DNA of 10,767 bases from Promethearchaeota archaeon (GTDB taxonomy: Archaea > Asgardarchaeota > Thorarchaeia > Thorarchaeales > Thorarchaeaceae). The position numbers and the translations under genes were made by a program. The notes beneath the pieces were generated by a model. That model saw nothing but the letters and a program-made list of their open reading frames with translations. It was not told where the DNA came from and did no database searches. Position 1 is the first letter of the stretch, and each line of letters opens with the position of its first letter. Below are positions 7,101-10,767 of this stretch, piece by piece. The stretch covers positions 1-10,767 of the forward strand of contig JBHLPF010000069.1 in the NCBI GenBank assembly GCA_048939765.1. The letters are read 5' to 3'.

Positions 7101-8489
7101 TCAGAGTCTTCCGAATGGTTTCCGCTTTAGGAATCTCCCGTATCCAACCTCACCCACGAACTTCCCATCCTCAGCAACTACTCTCCCTCTGGATATAGTC
7201 ACTGCGGGGTATCCCACCAGTTTCCACCCCTCATATGGGCTCCAATCACAGTTGGTCTGCAGATTCTCAGCTTTGATTGTGACTTTCTTTTCTGGGTCAA
7301 ACACCAACAGGTCTGCGTCACTACCAATAGCGATGGTTCCTTTCTCTGGATACATTCCGAAGAGCTTTGCTGGATTCGTACTGACAAGAGCAACCAACTG
7401 ATTCACAGTGAAGCCACGCTTCCCCACTCCTTCTGTGTACATGAGGGGAACCATGGTTTCAACGCCAGGCATCCCAAACGGAATCTTCCTGAAGTCCCCA
7501 TTCCATGCAGCTTTTTGCTCGGTCGTGAATGTGCAGGTGTCAGTTGCCACAACCTGAACATCTCCGTTCATCAGTCCCTGCCAGAGTCGCTCATTGTCAT
7601 GGGGTTTCTTGATTTGAGGACATGTGGCATATAGGTGCCCATTCTCGCCCTTGAAGACCTCATCATCCAAGAGCAAGTATTGAGGACAAGTTTCTGCATA
7701 GACTCTGACTCCTCTCCGTTTGGCTAGTTGTACTGCATCCGTACCTTCTCCTGTGGACATGTGTACGATATAGAGCTGGCCGCCTGTGGCTTCTGCCCAC
7801 ATAATCGCCCGAATAATTGCCTCCTCTTCAGTGTAGCATGGTCTGGAGAGAGTATGCCCGTATGCGCCCCACTTCTCCTTATCCTTTGCATACCTCTCAA
7901 TCAACATGTCAAGCACATCCACGCTCTCTGCATGGACTCCAATGTGGCCGCCAAGCTTGGAGGTTTCTTCGAGTGCATTGAACAGCATCCCGTCATCAGC
8001 CATCCATCCCTCGTTCTTGTAGATCATAAACATCTTGAAAGTTGGAATGCCATAGTCTATGACCTTCTTGATCTCTGCCTTTGTATTATCGTTCCAATCG
8101 GTTATCGCCGCATGTAGTCCATAGTCCACACATACATTTGGGTCTGCCTCAACCCTACGTGCCTCAACGGCCTCCATGATTGAGCTTCCCTTGGACTGGA
8201 TGGCGAAATCGAGGATCGTAGTTACTCCACCACAGGCCGCAGCTTTTGTCCCATTCTCGAAGTCATCAGCTGAAATGGTCCCTGAGAACGGCAGCTGTAG
8301 GTGGACATGTACATCTATGCCCCCAGGGAACACATACATCCCATTGGCGTCAACCACCTTTGCACCATTGTCCGGCAAATCCTGTGCGATAGTCACGATC
8401 TTGCCATCACTTACACCAATGTCTGCAGAGTATGTATCAGAAACAGTCACAATCTTGCCGTTTTTGACGATTAGATCCAACTCGACCAT
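7101..8489 (-). CDS. hydA: Dihydropyrimidinase / D-hydantoinase
   Basis: Amidohydrolase metal ligands H61/H63 (PGGIDVHVH), carboxylated K152 (FKMFMIY), H186, H243 and D317. Also ADDFENGTKAAACGGVTT, AETCPQYL and NPAKLFGMYPEKGTIAIGSDAD. Adjacent to ureidopropionase. Confidence 0.93.
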   Translation of the reverse strand: MVELDLIVKNGKIVTVSDTYSADIGVSDGKIVTIAQDLPDNGAKVVDANGMYVFPGGIDVHVHLQLPFSGTISADDFENGTKAAACGGVTTILDFAIQSKGSSIMEAVEARRVEADPNVCVDYGLHAAITDWNDNTKAEIKKVIDYGIPTFKMFMIYKNEGWMADDGMLFNALEETSKLGGHIGVHAESVDVLDMLIERYAKDKEKWGAYGHTLSRPCYTEEEAIIRAIMWAEATGGQLYIVHMSTGEGTDAVQLAKRRGVRVYAETCPQYLLLDDEVFKGENGHLYATCPQIKKPHDNERLWQGLMNGDVQVVATDTCTFTTEQKAAWNGDFRKIPFGMPGVETMVPLMYTEGVGKRGFTVNQLVALVSTNPAKLFGMYPEKGTIAIGSDADLLVFDPEKKVTIKAENLQTNCDWSPYEGWKLVGYPAVTISRGRVVAEDGKFVGEVGYGRFLKRKPFGRL

Positions 8490-8523
8490 GGAAAGACCCT
8501 TCTAACTGTTGGGGATGCTGCCA

Positions 8524-8535
8524 TAAATCGATTTA
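8524..8535. promoter_or_regulatory. Perfect palindrome TAAATCGATTTA in the divergent hydA/ureidopropionase promoter region
   Basis: 12-bp dyad in the 108-bp intergenic region, overlapping a TATA-like ATTTATG on the hydA strand. Confidence 0.45.
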
Positions 8536-8597
8536 GGAAACTCCTATTAGGCGAGTAAACTACCGTTGAATTTACCAAAGGATTTGGAGCGGCATCA

Positions 8598-9464
8598 ATG
8601 AGAACAGTACGCATCGGTCTGGTTCAGGCTCAATGGGAAGGCGATGTCAAGGACGAAGGGAAAATCGAGGAGAACATCGAGAAGATGATCCGGAAACATG
8701 AGGGGTTTGCAGACATCGCTGTACAACAGAAAGTTCAGATTCTGTGTTTCCAAGAGTTGTTCTATGGTCCCTACTTCTGCGCAGAGCAGGACAGAAAGTG
8801 GTACAAGTATGCGGAACCCATCCCTGGTCCCTTGAGCGAACGAATGTGCGAATTAGCCAAGAAACACAATCTCGTTCTAATTGCACCCATGTATGAGGAG
8901 GAGGGCGTCGGTGTCTATTACAACACTGCAGTTGTCATCGATTCAGACGGCACTTTGTTGGGTAAGATGAGAAAGATGCACATTCCACATCTTGACCCCG
9001 GCTTTTGGGAGAAGTTCTACTTCCGCCCTGGAAATCTTGGATATCCTGTGTTTGAAACCGCATTTGCAAAGGTTGGCGTCTATATTTGCTATGATAGACA
9101 CTTTCCCGAGGGAGCTCGTGCCCTAGGTCTAAATGGTGCAGAGATCGTGTTCAACCCATCTGCTACTGTTGCGGGCCTATCTGAACACCTATGGTCATTG
9201 GAACAACCAGCACATGCGGTAGCCAACGGCTACTTCATTGCTGCAATCAATCGTGTGGGTGAGGAGCCCTGGAAGACAGGTGTTTTCTACGGCAGTTCCT
9301 ATATCGCTGATCCACGTGGCCAAATTGTAGTAAAGGGGTCACGTGAGAAGGAAGAGCTTGTTGTAGGAGATATAGACCTCGACATGATACGTGAGGTGCG
9401 AAATGTCTGGCAGTTCTATCGCGACCGAAGACCAGACAGCTATGGAAGTCTTACGGATCCCTAG
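8598..9464 (+). CDS. Beta-ureidopropionase (N-carbamoyl-beta-alanine amidohydrolase), nitrilase superfamily
   Basis: Catalytic triad E53 (CFQELF), K126 (RKMHIP) and C164 (ICYDRHFPE). Also FWEKFYF, VFNPSATVAGLSEHLW, AINRVG and WQFYRDRRP. Divergent from hydA. Confidence 0.88.
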   Translation: MRTVRIGLVQAQWEGDVKDEGKIEENIEKMIRKHEGFADIAVQQKVQILCFQELFYGPYFCAEQDRKWYKYAEPIPGPLSERMCELAKKHNLVLIAPMYEEEGVGVYYNTAVVIDSDGTLLGKMRKMHIPHLDPGFWEKFYFRPGNLGYPVFETAFAKVGVYICYDRHFPEGARALGLNGAEIVFNPSATVAGLSEHLWSLEQPAHAVANGYFIAAINRVGEEPWKTGVFYGSSYIADPRGQIVVKGSREKEELVVGDIDLDMIREVRNVWQFYRDRRPDSYGSLTDP

Positions 9465-9471
9465 ACATGCA

Positions 9472-10767
9472 TCACATCTTCTTCTCAACCTCAGAGAAGA
9501 CCTCATCAAGGATTGCACATGATTTGTCAATCTGTTCAGCTGTGAGCTCAAGTGGCGGCTGAACCCTTATCACGTTGCCATCGAGTCCGCCCTTTCCAAC
9601 GAGCAGACCCCTCTCCTTAGTGAGTTCCATGACTTGCATCATCTCCTTTGAGGCTGGATCCTTTGTGACCTCGTCCCGGACGAGTTCAACGCCCAGCATC
9701 ATCCCCTGCCCACGAACCTCACCAACTAGCTTGTGATCCTCTTCGAGTGTCTTGAGCTTCTTCTTCAAAGCGCCTCCAAGTTTCGCAGCCTTCTCCAGGT
9801 AGTTGCTTTCTTCAATAATCTCAATGACAGCTACAGCAGCCGCACAAGACAGAGGGTTGCCTCCAAAAGTTGCAAAGCCATCCATAATGGTGAAGTCACG
9901 AGCTATCTCCGGGCTTGTAATGAGACCAGCAATTGGAATTCCACTGCCAAAACCTTTGGCCAGGGTGATAATGTCTGGGTCGACCCCCGTATGCTGTATT
10001 GCCCACCATCTCTCTCCAGTCCGTCCAAATCCCGTCTGTACCTCATCAGAGATAAACAGCCCTCCGTACTCCTTGACAATTTCATGTACAATCTGGAAGT
10101 ACTCTGAAGGTGGCTGAATGATTCCTCCGACTCCCTGAATTGGCTCTGCGATGAAGGCTGCAACAGCGTTGTTTGTCTGTGTTCGAATAACTTCTCTGAT
10201 ATAACGGGCACATTCCAAGTCACAATCGGGATACTCCTTGCCAAAGTGACACCGAAAACAGTATCCGTATGGAGTGAACCTAACGCCCGAGGGGTGGCTT
10301 TCTGGGACTGTACGCCATCCTGCACTTGAGATCTCTCTGGTTAGGGTCGTACGACCGTGGTAAGCTCGCAAACATGCAACAATGTACGGATTGTTGGCAT
10401 ATTTCCGAGCCATAAAGAGTGCTGCCTCATTGGCCTCAGAACCGCTATTAACAATGAATGATTGAGTCAACCCGACCGGGGCAATCCTGGCGAGTCGTTT
10501 TACAAGTACTGCATACGGAACAGTTGCGTACATCGAACTAGTGTACACGAGCCGCTCGGCCTGCCACTTGATGGTGGCAACATACTTTGGATGGTTGTAT
10601 CCAGTGATTGTTGTGCAGATTCCTCCGAACAGGTCTATGTACTGCTTCCCTGAGCTGTCTTCCAAAGTGGCGCCCTCACCATTGACAAAGAGCACCGGAT
10701 CCTCATAATAATGGGCCACAGCGGGAGCAAGGTGTTCCTTCTCAATTCCAATAATCTCATCCTTTGT
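9472..10767 (-). CDS. Class III PLP aminotransferase (AGXT2/PydD-like, probable beta-alanine aminotransferase); 5'-partial
   Basis: Motifs YIDLFGGI, VNSGSEANE, AYHGRT, IAEPIQGVGG, ISDEVQTGFGRTG and the PLP lysine in DIITLAKG. The frame stays open from 10719 to the window end (TKDEIIGIEKEHLAPAVAHYY), so the real start is outside the window. Confidence 0.88.
   Translation of the reverse strand, partial: TKDEIIGIEKEHLAPAVAHYYEDPVLFVNGEGATLEDSSGKQYIDLFGGICTTITGYNHPKYVATIKWQAERLVYTSSMYATVPYAVLVKRLARIAPVGLTQSFIVNSGSEANEAALFMARKYANNPYIVACLRAYHGRTTLTREISSAGWRTVPESHPSGVRFTPYGYCFRCHFGKEYPDCDLECARYIREVIRTQTNNAVAAFIAEPIQGVGGIIQPPSEYFQIVHEIVKEYGGLFISDEVQTGFGRTGERWWAIQHTGVDPDIITLAKGFGSGIPIAGLITSPEIARDFTIMDGFATFGGNPLSCAAAVAVIEIIEESNYLEKAAKLGGALKKKLKTLEEDHKLVGEVRGQGMMLGVELVRDEVTKDPASKEMMQVMELTKERGLLVGKGGLDGNVIRVQPPLELTAEQIDKSCAILDEVFSEVEKKM

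Noticed and set aside
140-10653. Many alternative-frame or antisense ORFs in the track (e.g. 140-382, 685-921, 2306-2869, 4205-4546, 5444-5647, 6452-6769, 7728-8117, 8176-8505, 9733-10107, 9903-10325)
   Set aside because: They overlap well-supported genes and show no recognisable motifs; they are shadow ORFs.
10717-10719. Track start (GTG) of the aminotransferase
   Set aside because: The frame is open and protein-like up to the window edge, so the gene is 5'-truncated by the window.
1-10767. CRISPR arrays, tRNA/rRNA genes, IS elements, integrases or long repeats
   Set aside because: None seen. Intergenic gaps are all under about 200 nt, with no periodic repeats or cloverleaf structures.

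Overview
Gene-dense, apparently archaeal window. The archaeal call rests on an archaeal-type AsnA, GGAGGTGA/GGTGA Shine-Dalgarno motifs, TTG/GTG starts and TATA-like boxes close to start codons. An Asgard/Thorarchaeota-like origin is only my impression. The left part holds a truncated membrane-protein gene, an AspRS/AsnRS-paralogous asparagine synthetase A, and a run of accessory genes: cupin, GNAT, DinB, SnoaL-like, NIPSNAP-like and four uncharacterised membrane proteins. One of those is a 57-aa ORF missed by the track, and another looks like a catalytically dead site-2-protease homologue. The right part (6615-10767) is a pyrimidine-catabolism cluster: yeast FCY1-type cytosine deaminase, dihydropyrimidinase, nitrilase-family beta-ureidopropionase and a class III (AGXT2/PydD-like) aminotransferase that runs off the window edge. 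These four genes alternate strands, the uracil-reducing step is not in the window, and the dihydropyrimidinase has unusual substrate-pocket substitutions. I found no rRNA, tRNA, CRISPR array or mobile element.
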